Shown here piece after piece: positions 22,244 through 35,358 of a stretch of 64,000 nt of DNA. How positions within the stretch are numbered: position 1 is the first letter of the stretch; every line of letters begins with the position of its first letter. The notes below the pieces were generated by a model. The model made no database searches and was not told the origin of the DNA. It saw only the letters and a program-made list of their open reading frames with translations. Where the stretch lies: assembly GCA_003427395.1 (NCBI GenBank), contig BFEA01000047.1, forward strand, positions 493,289 through 557,288, read 5' to 3'. Source of the DNA: Chara braunii. Its lineage: Eukaryota > Plantae > Charophyceae. A program made the position numbers and the translations under genes.

Positions 22244-23849
22244 TGTAACTAACTCTTCCCTCACTAATTGTTATATTGCAAGGGTGCGAACGAGAAAATA
22301 ACTTTGAATCTCACTTGCTGGAGAAAGAGGGCAAGGGAAGGACTGTCGGTCCCTTGTGTCACCAAGAAGATAAGAAAAGGAAGAGCTTGATAAAACTTGA
22401 CGCTAGATAAAGTCCAAGAGGAATTTGAGAGAATCGCCAAGTGAAAGAGAGGTCAGTGACTCAACCAGAATTCCGACTTCGTGACTAAGAAAAGAGTATG
22501 GATTGGATGAGCAAAATAAATGAAAGGAGAGCGAATCCAAATGGCAAGGAAAATTAGGCATGTGGGAGAGACTATGTGTTGACCCCAAATTGGGGTTGTA
22601 TCGATTTTGCATTGCGTTTGATTGTACAGGTGAATAGCCTTGGGATTTCTTTTGAGTTGGATTGAGCCCGAGTATGCCGGACAGCAACGGAAAATGAAAG
22701 TACAAAAGGCTAAGCGGTCATGGACGTAAACTTTGTCTATGAATGAAACCTTTGTGCATGCAGTCTTGAGTATGAATGGAAAAAGAAAAAGTGATGTTGA
22801 GTGAAGCGTTGCCTAGTGTCGAGCGGTCAAAATGTTCGCGAAGTCCTCTGAAATATGCGGGTGGGGACCCCGAAAAAACTAAGGGGTACTTAGGAAAAGG
22901 AACGAACGTGATGCATGATGAATGAAGATAAAGAAGTGTTAGTGCGTAGACTGGTTAAGAGGGAGAGCGGCGTCACCTCGATGAAGCCCTAAGACCATTG
23001 CGTTAGAAAAATAGATGTGTGGCCTAAGGATGACGCTTAGCCAGCGCATAATGAAAGAAAAATCTTAAAGAACTCACTGGACTGCCTATGTATTGAAAGG
23101 AGCAATTTGCATGGGAACACAAGCAAAGTATCAAGAAATGAACGTCCGCGAGTGAATAGCAGAACAGCCCCACTGGCGAGAAAGTTGAGCTACATCCCCA
23201 ATGTCAAAACGCTCTCGCTCGATGGCCCACCCCCATCCATCTCAAAGCACTGGGTGAGGGTGACCCTGTGACGAATGGTCCCACGCCCCGAGCATAAGTG
23301 TGGACGAAGCCGAACCAACTGGACCTACAGAAGGGTCAGCTCAGGCTCGAATGTCTAACAGGGTGAGGCCCTATACCGTGCAGTTAGAAATAGTTTTATT
23401 CATTTATTTTTTTTTAGTTTTCGTTTTTTTTTTAGTATTCTTGTGAGGACACTTGTCCTCACAAGGTACTACCTCTGGTAGCTGTCAGGCTCCTGCTTTT
23501 AAAGGGAGTCTGAAAACTGAAGGGTCAAACAGGAAAAGGCTAAGTACAACGTTTTCCCTTATATATCTGCCTTGGGAAACGGGTCCAGATACATCAAACT
23601 GAAAGGGGTTGTATCTCTCCAACCCCTTATCGAAAAAATAAAAGAAAACAGTTTTACAAATGTCGTGACCTCAGTTATCTCGTGAAATTCTGAGATAGTT
23701 GAGGAAAATAAAAGAAAAAGAAAAATGAGGTAGTTAAAAAAACTGCCCCCACTAAGGTTTTGGTTGTCGTACGTACACAGTTAGACTTTGATCCTCTCAA
23801 GATCAAGGACTCACTTTAAGCCCGCAATTTTGTCTGGGGCTGGAGTGAC
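22244..23849. mobile_element. Probable LTR-retrotransposon terminal/UTR fragment
   Basis: Ends in ggggctggagtgaca (LTR-like terminus); non-coding; no TSD confirmed. Confidence 0.3.
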
Positions 23850-26800
23850 ATCCAACCCTCCTCGGTCACTATAAAAAAAAGGCAGTTGTCCCCAACTGCC
23901 ACACAAAAAGACTCTAGTTGCTAGTGTGAGATAAGCACTTGAGTGTCGTTGGGCTACTGGAGGAGCTACCTGAGGCAACGTGAGAGGAGGCCGGAGTGCT
24001 GCAGAGGAGCGCAAGAGAGGGCGAAGGACAACCGTGGCCAGGGCAAGGAGCACTCTGCTCCCCTTCCTTTTGGCTGGTGCCGGTCCAGCTGGACGATACT
24101 TGGGACCCTGTGGGACCACAGCGAGACGACACTAGTAAACTTCTGGCCTGGATTTTATCGGGGACCCAAGTTTTACTAATTTGGCAGGTTATTTTCCTAT
24201 TTTTGTGGGGAACTGTTGCCAAATCTTTACAGTGACGGCGAGATGTCAACGCTTCATTGGCAGCGGTACCAGCGGGGCAGATGGTCGACAGGTTGATTTC
24301 TCACTTTGTGTTGAAGTGCTGCCATAAATTTTCGGCGTCAACTGTACCAATTTTAGTAGCGTTATGATGCCAAAATTGAGATTCGTCAGGCGGTACAAGG
24401 TGGAGGGAAAGTGTTGGAGCATCAAGGGTTCAACAACAGCGTCAGCGAGGATACAATTTTAAAGTGAAGAACCGGCGAGGAGGCGGCACATTATGTTTTT
24501 TTCATGTGTCAGTAAAGGCGGGACCTTATGCATTGGTCAAGTGAAATCGGTGGGACCAGTGAAACGTGTGGGTGATACAGGTGGTGCCGACGCAAGGAAT
24601 GTGATCTTTTTTTTTTTTTAATAACCAGGGGGGGCTATTTTGACTTGCGGTATCACCTGGAATTGAAAAGGGAAAGTGTGGGACCGCCTGGGACCACTTG
24701 GTACCAGTTGGTACTGGCATGGACCACTTGGGACTAGTTGGCACATGCGTGGGACCACCTGGAACTAGTTGGGACGGTCTTGGGACCGATATTCTTTTTG
24801 GACTCGTGGACTTGCCGCCATCGCATCTGGGACTGCCGCGAGTGAGACTTGTTGAGAATCGACTAGGACTAGTGGTTTACTCGATCTATACCTTGGGCAA
24901 CGGTTCTTCGACGAGGCAAACCTGTTTTCTCGAGCTCCCTTGTGTGAACAAAGTCGCATTTGAACTCTCGTTTACTCAAGGTCGGTGGATGGCAAATATC
25001 CACTCACACATGTGTGCACCCTCACGCTGTATGACCCTTTTTTTTGTATTAGGGAAAAGGCTGAAAGAAAAGAAAGTGTGATGGGATATGCTTGTGTGGG
25101 ACACTGGGTTTGACTCGAGTAACATGTTTGTGGTTGAACTGATAGATTGTTGATTCTGCTTAGCATGCAAGTAAGTGAAAAGAGAATGTGATGGAAGGGA
25201 AAATACATGTTTTACCAATTGAAGGGGTGAAATTTTAAAAATGTTAAATATTTCTCTACCCTTTTCTCTATCATGTTTTCACCTGCTTGACAAGTAATAG
25301 TCAGACTATGAAAAGGAAAATAAACGGGGGCCGTAAAAGGAATTCCGTAAATAGGAAATAAACGAACCTAGTTAATCCCAAGGTTTCCCTTTCCTATCCC
25401 GAATGACCCTCCCGATCTACTTCTCATGCAAACGAGTTCGACATTGTCACTCCTCTCTGAAACTCAAGTTTGTCTAAGTTATTTCCACATGTAGAGGTCC
25501 AGGGTAGTCAAGCTGATTCTAAGTCGGATGGCTTCCTCGCTTGGGGAGGAAATTTGGGGCGGGGGTTTGTTGCTTTAGGAGTCGGCCCTGTTATCGACCC
25601 AGAGTGTACCGTTTTAATGATGATGTATTTTGTCGATTCGGTGGAGACGGCCCAACTTCTGAGTTCCAAGCTTCTGGCTCTGGCAAGGAAGAGGAGTACT
25701 CCAAACCACTTCCTAGAGAGTGAGACACGCGATGGTGAGGAGTCCGAGTTGATTTTCTTTGTACCCTTACATGAGGAAAAACTGACCTTGCAGAGCCCTC
25801 AGGTGGACGCTTTATAAACATCCTTCAATTTATAAAGGTTGACACCAGAGATTAGATGGCAAGTTCAGGAGAGGACGCATTCAATATGGAACAGATGGAG
25901 CGTTTAATTTACGATCTGTCTATCGTTTTTTTCGGCAAACGATAGACTTGAATTTCGGCAAAGGAGTTTAAGGCATCCTTCCAAAAGTTATTTATTTCGT
26001 ACTAACTACACAAAACATATCATTCAGTATATATTCGCTCATCGAAGGAGCAATGGAAACACATACTTGATGGTTCGATACGACGGCGAGTGAGATCCAT
26101 ACGTCGGAAGAATCCCCGAGGTAAAATTTTTTTTCCACGTCATGCTATTGTAATATAACGAACAACACAATCTTTTCGCATCTGTTCATCATTATCGCCT
26201 GACGCTATACGACAAATTATAGCGCTTCAAGCGAGTTGCTTTTTCTACAGAGGAGTTCGAGCGAGAGGAACGTCGACTGTTTGAGTTGATCAATGCTTAA
26301 TGTGATTCATTCTTATTGACAGATAAACGGCGGTTGTCGTGACCTTACCATGCTCAGGTATTTTCTTATCCTCGATACTCCTAATGTTGGGCTAATTAAA
26401 GGAGTGAAACAACTTTTGATGGTACTGGATGGCCCGCCTACACAACGGATAAACTTCATCGGGATACTTCGAAACGGTCAGGGATTCTTTCCAGACACTC
26501 GTACAGATATTCGAGCCAATACGACTCAAACTTCTTGAGAGTTTTATGAATATACCTTGTGCCTTCACTGCGCGAGTAATCTTCAATATCTCTCTCGAGT
26601 CATTGTGAGTATTAAAATTACCTCAGCCGACAACCGTTTCTGCGTTGTCAAGATCCGGGATATAAATACTCGACATATATTTAGAATGAGTCGTCCTTTT
26701 CGTGCCATAGTTTGGAGGATAGACTCGCAGATGACCTCCCTCGATTGTACTCGTACTGTTAGAGTCGTGCGAGATAGTTGCATCACGATCTTAGTATTGA

Positions 26801-27261
26801 TGATGATGAGCTCGAACGCCTGAACATGTTGGAGGCTTAGGCCCGCGAGGGACGTTATATTTACCATGGTTAAATGTTATTTTATGAAAATTTCATATAA
26901 TTTCCAAAAACACCACACATAAACGGTCTCGTTGAGGAAGTGATTTCACCTATGTTTCATGAGGTAATCTAAAAAACAGAACAAAAAAAACAAAAACACT
27001 ATATGTAGATATGACCACTGGATGGATATGATTCGGATTAGCCTGATGATTTCACTATCATGCTTTGGCATTAAAGGGTAAATATATAAGAAAGGAAAAG
27101 ATAACCAAATATGCTCTATCGGTCCGGAGCATAAAATCAACCGCACAAAGACTCTTAGACATTTTTACAGGAGGCAAGGCTTTGAAAGACAACAAAAAAT
27201 TACGACGTGTATCAAAATACTCATCAGATGCACAAAGATAGTGAAAATAACTGGGAGCAAA

Positions 27262-27440
27262 GACATCAAGATGAAATACACCTTTGAGTTGATCGTTGGG
27301 CCTTGACGATTAACTCAATCGTAACTCAACCGTAAGAGGCCAAAGTAAGATGAAGTACACCTTTGAGTTGATCGTTGAGCCTTGACGATTAGCTCAATCG
27401 TACGAGACGAAGAACAAGATGAAGCATACCTTTGAGATAA
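27262..27440. repeat. ~75-bp tandem repeat, about 2.5 copies
   Basis: aagatgaaRtacacctttgagttgatcgttgRgccttgacgatta repeated. Confidence 0.85.
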
Positions 27441-27906
27441 TTATTGGGCTTCTAGAGTTGCATGAAAAGAAGATAATCTTATTTAAGATAGGGCGAACCG
27501 AGGCGCGACTCAGGGATCTGACATAGGAATTGTGATAGTAGGCTTCAATTAGTAGAATTGCAATTGAGCAAACCAAATTAAGTTCGAGGTTTTTTCTAAT
27601 GAGAAAATTTACTAACGCTAAAACTCTTTGGAGTTATAACTTGAAATTTCGATTTCATCAAGGATGAGGAATAACTGTTTTATGGCAAAATCATTTAATG
27701 AGATTAAACCTATTATATTTGATTCAGCATTACTCTATTATTTTAAATGTTGTATCTCAACACTGATGATTGTCGAGATGTTGATTGGAATAATGTCTTT
27801 TTAATATAAGTATGTCTTACTAATGAGAAGTGTATTTTGTCTTAAACCACCAGTACTTGGCTCATACATGGGCCGAAGTCCGTCTACGTTAGCAATTTTT
27901 ATGCTT

Positions 27907-28178
27907 GTCAACCGTTTCAATTTCCGGGCTTCAAGTTCACTGTGACGTAGCAATGTCTAGAATGTATCTGGCTTCACTTTGGTGCATCAAAGGATGTATC
28001 TGAGGGCAATCGCGTTCAAAGTTTGGTAGTTGTTTGTGCTTCTTCTCCCCTTGAGAGACTGGGAACATTCAACGAGTGTCAACCGTTTCAATTACAGGGC
28101 TTCATTGTGATGTAGCACTTTCCAGAATGTAATTGGTTGCACTTCGCTGCAGCTGTGGATGTCTCTGAGGGCAATGAT
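27907..28178. repeat. Direct repeat, two diverged ~105-bp copies 170 bp apart
   Basis: tgtcaaccgtttcaatt...gggcttca...ctgagggcaat at ~27907 and ~28077. Confidence 0.8.
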
Positions 28179-28645
28179 TCTCACATTCTTGATACCTTTT
28201 TTTTTTTTTTTTTTTTTTTAAAGATATCGGGGATCATTCAACGATATCTTTCCAGACGGATCTGGTTGCATTTCTGCCCAAACCATTTTCATGTATATGA
28301 GTGGAAACAATAATGCTATCGCCTCGTTACATTCCAATTGTTGGCAGCAGGTCCAGAAAAGAGGGCGGTACCTGTGCCAAGCATCAAATGTTCCATATTG
28401 GTTCCTGCCCCCTTGGGCTCGGCAAAAATCGACGCACATGGCATATTCAGGCTCGACTTTAAAAGTTTGGCCACGTACAGGTGGTTTAACGAGTTATATG
28501 TACCTTTAAAGTTACAGCAGTCTCGTCGTCACACAAAGCGTGGGTCCACGAAAAATTGTGGGACGGTTGGGACAAGAGGAGGTCGTCACGTGAGGGCGGG
28601 ACGACAGAACTGGACCAGGTCATCGCATGCAGTCAGGTGAAATGC

Positions 28646-28985
28646 CGCAGGTTCGTCATACCTCTCCACGTATGATGCCTCCTGACGCTCCTCTGCTGCG
28701 AGAAGGTTCGTCATACCTCTCCACGTATGATGCCTCCCGACGCTCCTCTGCTGCGAGCAGGTTCTCGATACCTCTCCGTGTACGATGTCTCCCGGCGCTC
28801 CTCTGCTGCGAGCTCTCACGAGCAGGTACGTGATACCTCTCCACGTACGATGTTTCCCGACACTCCTCTACTACTAGCTCTCGCGAGCAGGTACACGATA
28901 CCTCTCCGTGTACGATGTCTCCCGGCGCTCGCTACGAGCAGGTTCGTGATACCTCTCCGCGTACAAGACTTCGGATACCTCTCGG
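28646..28985. repeat. ~50-58-bp GC-rich tandem repeat
   Basis: gcaggttcgtgatacctctccRYgtaYgatgYctccc..cgctcctctgctgcga, 6-7 copies. Confidence 0.9.
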
Positions 28986-30929
28986 TGTTCCCGCGCTGCT
29001 TTGGTCTAGCGCTCCATCTGCGCACGTACGCTCGCACTCTTACTCCCGTACGCTTGTGTGCTCTCCCCCTTTGTCTCACATCCTCGTTTCTTTTATACCA
29101 TCTTCCTCTCCTCCCTCTTGCTCGTCCTCATTTGTCTGTGCAAGTCCCGCCGATAGGTTTGAAAATTTTGGCAAAATTTTATTTTCCCACCTTCCTTTCC
29201 TCTCCTTCCTCACAAACTGTCGCTAGTCACCTATCCGCCCTTGCACCCTTCCTTGCCCAATAAAATCCTTCCTCTCATTGGTTTCCGGATCGAAGTGATG
29301 ATTCTGCATGAAACCCCGCTCAAACGACGACCACCCTCCGCTCTCGCCCCCTATTTCTCACTGGTACCCCAGTCGTTTCAGTTCTTTTTCGTCTTGATCG
29401 GTTGCAGCGTACTCCAACTGTTTATTCCCGTCCGTGTAACTGATTGCGACATCTTTTCACCTCCCTTTTTGTCATGCGCCCCAATCTTCTGGCTAGCTCG
29501 AGGGTTCTTCCACCTTGCATACGCACCTGGCCTAGCCCCATTCTGAACGCAGACCAACTTGGCTCGGTTCCCTCCCCGCGGCCTTCTCCTCTATTCGACC
29601 TCCCTTCTCATCTTTCCATTCAGTCAGATCCCCGCTCGGTGCCAATTTATCGTTTCGTCATTACGCGAGCCTGCCCTCTGCCACCTCGAGTACTCGGACC
29701 CATCCTTACCGGGTCTGCAAATGTACTTCCTCCGGAGGGAACCGTTGGTAGGAAAGATAGGTGCATGCGCTCCTCCCTCCTGCAGTTATCCAGAACTTAA
29801 AGGCGAAGAGACGATCCAACCGATCCCAAGACTCGTCAAGATATCGGGGCAATCGCCATTACGACGCAACCATACCGGACGACCGTCACTCCATTCCGAC
29901 CTCTCATAAGCTGCCAGCCACCACACCCGAGCCCATACCAAACTCGACTGTCATGATCAGAATACCACACGGCAGCTGCCATATCAATGATGTCGAACAC
30001 GCAGCTCCGCCGGGGCAGGTCAAAACCGATCACTCCATAAAACTTAAGCCATATACGCCGAACCCCCCTCCGCACTGATCACATCGAGCGTCGAGACTGA
30101 CCCGACGAGTACAGAGGCCATCGACAATTTTGGTCCTTGGCCATTGAAGCTGTTCGGTTGCCCATCAAGCCTCAGCTCACCAAACTGGACACATCGAATT
30201 CATACTGAAAAAGAAGAAGAAAAAAAAACTCTTCGTTCATCAAGCCTGTCCATTGAAGGACCTGGCTCGTCCCCAGGTTGTCGTTGACCAAAGCCTGTGT
30301 GCCTCTTTTTTTCTCCCAAGACTGCAACCCTCCGCGTATAAGTCCTTCGTATTTGCCATTTCCCTTGATTGTCACAGCACTCGCCTGACCCTTGCCCGCT
30401 CTCGGCCCCGCTTATGACCACCTTCTGGTCTGCCACTCCATCTTGCCTAGAGGTTAGTACAGAGAACCACATCCATGCGTGTCTCAAATCATGCAAAAAA
30501 GGGAAAAACATACTCGAAAAGTTTCTCTTTTTCATTAAAAGCAACCATCCAGCTGGTAGGCAGCCGCCCGACACCGGTAGCATAGAGTGGAAAACTGGGT
30601 GAATGACAAAAATAGAATTCGCATCAAACAATGGAAATGCACTGAGCCGGCGCGGCGATTATTTCACAGTCAAAATGTCTTCTTCTTTTTTCCCTGATAT
30701 TTTTCCTTGAAAGATCACGACCTAATCTACAGACCCTCGAACCTTCAAATTTTTCGAAGAATTCTTCTGAGCACGAAAAATCGCTAAATTTGCGACTTTC
30801 AATTGGCCGAATTGCCGCCCATCCATAGAACCTGGCCCTAACTCACAGGGCCGAGGGTTTTCGGCTGTCGGGGGGAGTCGCAATTTAATCTAGGCTTCAC
30901 TGAGATCAACGACACAATATGCTCCTTTT

Positions 30930-32337
30930 TTTTAAAAACACCAGAGCACCGTCACTAAGATGAGTGATACTACACAATATGCTGTATTGCACATGATTGC
31001 ATCCATCATCACCTTGAAATTCAATTCAGGACAAGCTACTAGAGTTTCCCCTGGATTACGATCTAGCGGATGCTGTACCAATCCATCACACTGCATCCTC
31101 GGCTCCCTCTCCACCTTCATATGCTTTCGTGACCCCAATCTTCCATCCCCTGCGTTAGGCCATACCTCAAATGCCTCTTCACTCTCCTTCCTTAGAAGCT
31201 CCCATCTGTTAGGACGTGTCACCTTCGAGATATTCTTAACATTACACAGCAGTGCATGTGCTGCTTCGCAACTTTTGGCGTCCGAAGTGCACATGATCTC
31301 CCATCCTTGGGTAGGATAATCTTGCACATGTGCAGGCAGCCACATCAGCCTCTGCTAACATGCGGCGGCCATGTAGCAAGTCAGCTACTTCTTGGTTTTT
31401 GACCCAACAATCTTAGCTTTGCTACATGCTCTTCATCATGCGGGGCGCTAGACATAGTTCCCCAATCTTGTTGTTAATGATTTTCCTTACTTCCACCATC
31501 TTCAACCTTTTCGCAAATTCGAGTTCCACACTCACATCACATCCCATTTGCCACTTTGACCGGCCTTTGTTCTTAGGAACGCTCGCGTGGATTTCTTATG
31601 GGAACACTGCATCCACTTCTCATATCCTCAACTCCGTTCCCTTCCTTTTTTTTTCTTTTTTTTTAAAACAAAATTCCACCGGTGTCCAGAGATAGGAGTG
31701 ATGGTAATAGCATGCACTCCTCCCTATCTTACAAGGGGCACCAGTCTATTGGTTGGGGGGGGGGGGGAACACCTGCTGGAAAGCGGGTCCGGCCTCCCCT
31801 GAGATACATGGTAAAGTTGATAACACAGCACATGCTGGGAGCCGTACCCAGCATTGCTCGTGCATTTTACGGCTAACGCCATTAATACTGCTGCTGAGAT
31901 GATAATAACATTGAAGTTACGAATCGTTGTGAGCTGAGCCCCACATCCCTCTTTTTTGAAAGAGGGACAGGAAGCCTCTTCAGCCGGAGATAGGCCTTCA
32001 CTCTTTAGAACAGAAACCACGAATTTCTTCTCCTCAACATGCAGTTGCTCGCATCTTCAAATCTACACTTGGATGTAGACAGCGTCATCACTATACCATT
32101 CACCTCACCCTACATGCACTGGAAGCTATAGATATCTGTTCACCTCACCTGTCGTCTTCTTTCCAGGTAGGTATGTTTCCGAAGGCGCCAATCAAGTTTG
32201 GCCCTACGTTCGAATACGTAATGCACGCCCTTTTTTGCCTGTTTAGGTTACTACATGCCTTCTGTTTTCCTTTTTGGTGCTTCAAGTCACAGGCACGCCA
32301 CAGCGATGTCGCAGCAGGCAGGGCGCTGGCATGTGAC

Positions 32338-32381
<44 letters not shown>

Positions 32382-32980
32382 CCAGCCATGCACGCCGAGA
32401 AATAGAGGGGCAACTTAGACCTATAGGATAAGCAAAATCGGAATGAATCTTCCGCTAGAACATTGAAATACACACTGCAACTCACATGACTGGCCTCACA
32501 CGACTTCCATCGATAGGATGAGCAAGGCCTTACACGACTTCCATCAATAGGATGAGCAAAATTGAATGGATCTTCCACTGGAACATGGAAAACCTGCTCA
32601 CACGACTTCCATTGCTGGTTGAATCTTCCAAACACCTGCTCACACGACTTCCATTGCTGGTTGAATCTTCCAATTGACAGCAAAATGCGAAAAACCACCC
32701 ACCAGACTAGTACCATAAAAGCGCCCTGGCCCCTCCCCTACCCGAACCCGCACCTGTTGATACATTTTTTGGCAGTGTTTCCCCACCAAACGCAGCGAGA
32801 GATAGACCCAACCTCATGGCCGCCGGGGAAAAAACTTCCTGCGGCCAATTTCACAGGACACCTCCTGTGGCGTCCAAACAACCTGCGTGCCTTATTTTCT
32901 CTGGGGCCGAAGGGACCATCTTACAGGGAGTAGATAGATAGACAGATAGATAGCATATAAATGGATAGATAGAAGAAGAC

Positions 32981-33013
<33 letters not shown>

Positions 33014-33830
33014 TAGACAGATAGATAAACAATGCACATTGGCACCGAGTCCACGGTTTTGCATTGTATCTATGTCCTTCGCCAGGATTCAAGAGCTGTG
33101 TATTGTGCGTATTCGGTGGGCGCCACTCAGGTTTGGACCTAGGTACCAATACAAGTACATTGTCCCTCGATCCAACTTTTGAAGTCATCTATTTCATTCC
33201 CTCGGGATGCAAGAGTGGTGTACGTGTCTAACACACACACACACACACACATACACACACACACAAGGCACACACACACACACACACACACACAAGGCAC
33301 ACACACACACGTACACACACACACGTACACACACACACGTACACACACATATACACTCACACACACAAGGAGATCCGTTGGTGCTGATAGCGAGAAAGTG
33401 ATGACGGCAGCCTGTTGCTTCCTGCTGTTAGTATGCCCTTGTTATCCAGAAGTGACGGCACCCATGTGTTGCTTCACGGTGTTGGGACTGACCGAGCATT
33501 TCAAAAAAAAAAAAAAGCACTTACGCCATCAAGTACCATCAACATTCTCAATTTCATCTTTGTTCTGTGTTCCCACCCCACGTCCTCCCACCCAGCCCCC
33601 CCCTTTCCCCTGACAACGCTTAATAACCAAAGAGAGATGGGTACATGGGATCACTTTTCGCCGTTTTCTTTTTCCCCCCTCTTCAGTTGCCTAACTCCGT
33701 GCACTTCCAATAAAACAATCACTTACCATTGACTGCAAACCTCCATCTCGCACGAAGTTGAGGATGACGTCGTAGATGATGTGGCGAACGAGGTGACGGA
33801 TGATGCCCGGGACACCACTGCATCACATTC
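30930..33830 (-). pseudogene. Possible decayed multi-exon gene of unknown family
   Basis: Exon-like blocks between microsatellite-filled introns, bounded by AG/GT (e.g. ~33728-33818 GVPGIIRHLVRHIIYDVILNFVRDGGLQSM|GTAAGT; ~32149-32325 ...LIGAFGNIPTWKEDD|GTGAG). Other blocks contain in-frame stops. Confidence 0.3.
32420..32675. repeat. Short tandem repeats (ctcacacgacttccat... / gatgagcaaaat.gaatggatcttcc)
   Basis: Direct reading; includes a 42-bp perfect duplication within ~32592-32672. Confidence 0.8.
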
Positions 33831-35315
33831 AATGAATCCTTTCTACAGCACAGCTGCAAGAATGCTACGCCATGCAAACAATCGATTAACCAATCAGTCG
33901 ATAAGTCGACCAATCAATCAGTCCACCGATTGCTACACCAGAAGGGATCAGCAGATCCCGGTCCGCACTGCGATTGCCTGCATCGGTTTTGCCCCCCGCT
34001 CATCAACAACGTTCACCCTCACTAAGGACCATCCATCAGTGCACCATGTGTCAATTCCAGATTCCTTTCCTCGCTCCAATGTCGTGCACATTATATCCTC
34101 CAGTCCCAATCGATCATTCATCCAATCAATCAACCAATCATCACTGAATCATGACCACAATGCCTACACGTCGATGGACAGATAAATCAATCGGTGCAAA
34201 GAAGGACACACTGAAAACACTACAACGCTGTCGTCGTTGGCTCCTCTTTATATGTTTTCTTTCCCGCCTACAAACCCGCCTCACTCTCTTCTTTTCTCAG
34301 CACTTGCTAAACAATAAACCTTGCATCCGCAACATAAACAAATATTGATCAATCACTCGATAACTAGAATCAAGCGATCCGCAAAGTTATTCACAGTTTG
34401 AATGGCAGACGAAAAGAGACTCCATTCTATAAACAACACCTGCTGCGCCACAATCGTAGCCGTACGTTTTTTGCTGGTTTGGCCAATCATTCATCTGTCA
34501 CCAACTTGCCGCCTGCTGCGCCACAATCCTAGCCGTAGTGGATCCGATCCGGATCCGCTTGGCGCTTTCGCCGAACACCAGTGCTTTCCCAGCTAGAGAA
34601 TCAAAATTGCGGCACCGATGCTGGCCGCCACGGCGCCCATATATACAAAACATGTCACATCTGAGACCCTTTTAGCTTGAATGGACGTCCAGCAACACAG
34701 CCCCAGTCTTCCCAAGAGTGGCGGCATTGTGCACGCCGCGGCTTCCACATGGAATCTAGTTAATAATAATACCGACACACTTGGTTCAAACGATAAAACA
34801 AGAACTGCCGACTTCCGCGATAAAGCAGATAGATACCATACTACGATGCGCTTTCATTATAAGTATATATATATGTAACAGTATCGACCACTCTCCCTTC
34901 AGATCTTCATCAACTTCTCGACTTCACATGAGTAAAATACCTTCTTCAATTCCTTGTATATTCGACAGAGTGAAACTTCCCGACTAAGCAAAACATACCA
35001 GCGGTACTCGAGTCCTCTCCGAACACTACGAGATAGTAACCTATCATACGGCTCTCTATTCTACTTGCTTCGTAGTTCCAGTCTTCGAGTGATCGAGTTG
35101 AGTGAGGCCGAAGCAAAAGCCATAAGAAAACGCAAAGAGCGCCCATATGATCACGTATACAGACGATTTATTTTTAGAATTGAGCTAATTTCGCCAGATT
35201 ACAAAATACATACGTATATGACCTTTCCCGGAAGGGTTTGCCATGTCACTCTCAGCTACATTCAAATTTGCTGCCTGTCGTCCGGAGATGGGTCATTGAG
35301 GACAGCTGACGGATA

Positions 35316-35358
<43 letters not shown>

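Noticed and set aside
29990-30078. Gypsy pol fragment (DHSIKLKP)
   Set aside because: A single short motif with no neighbouring RT sequence.
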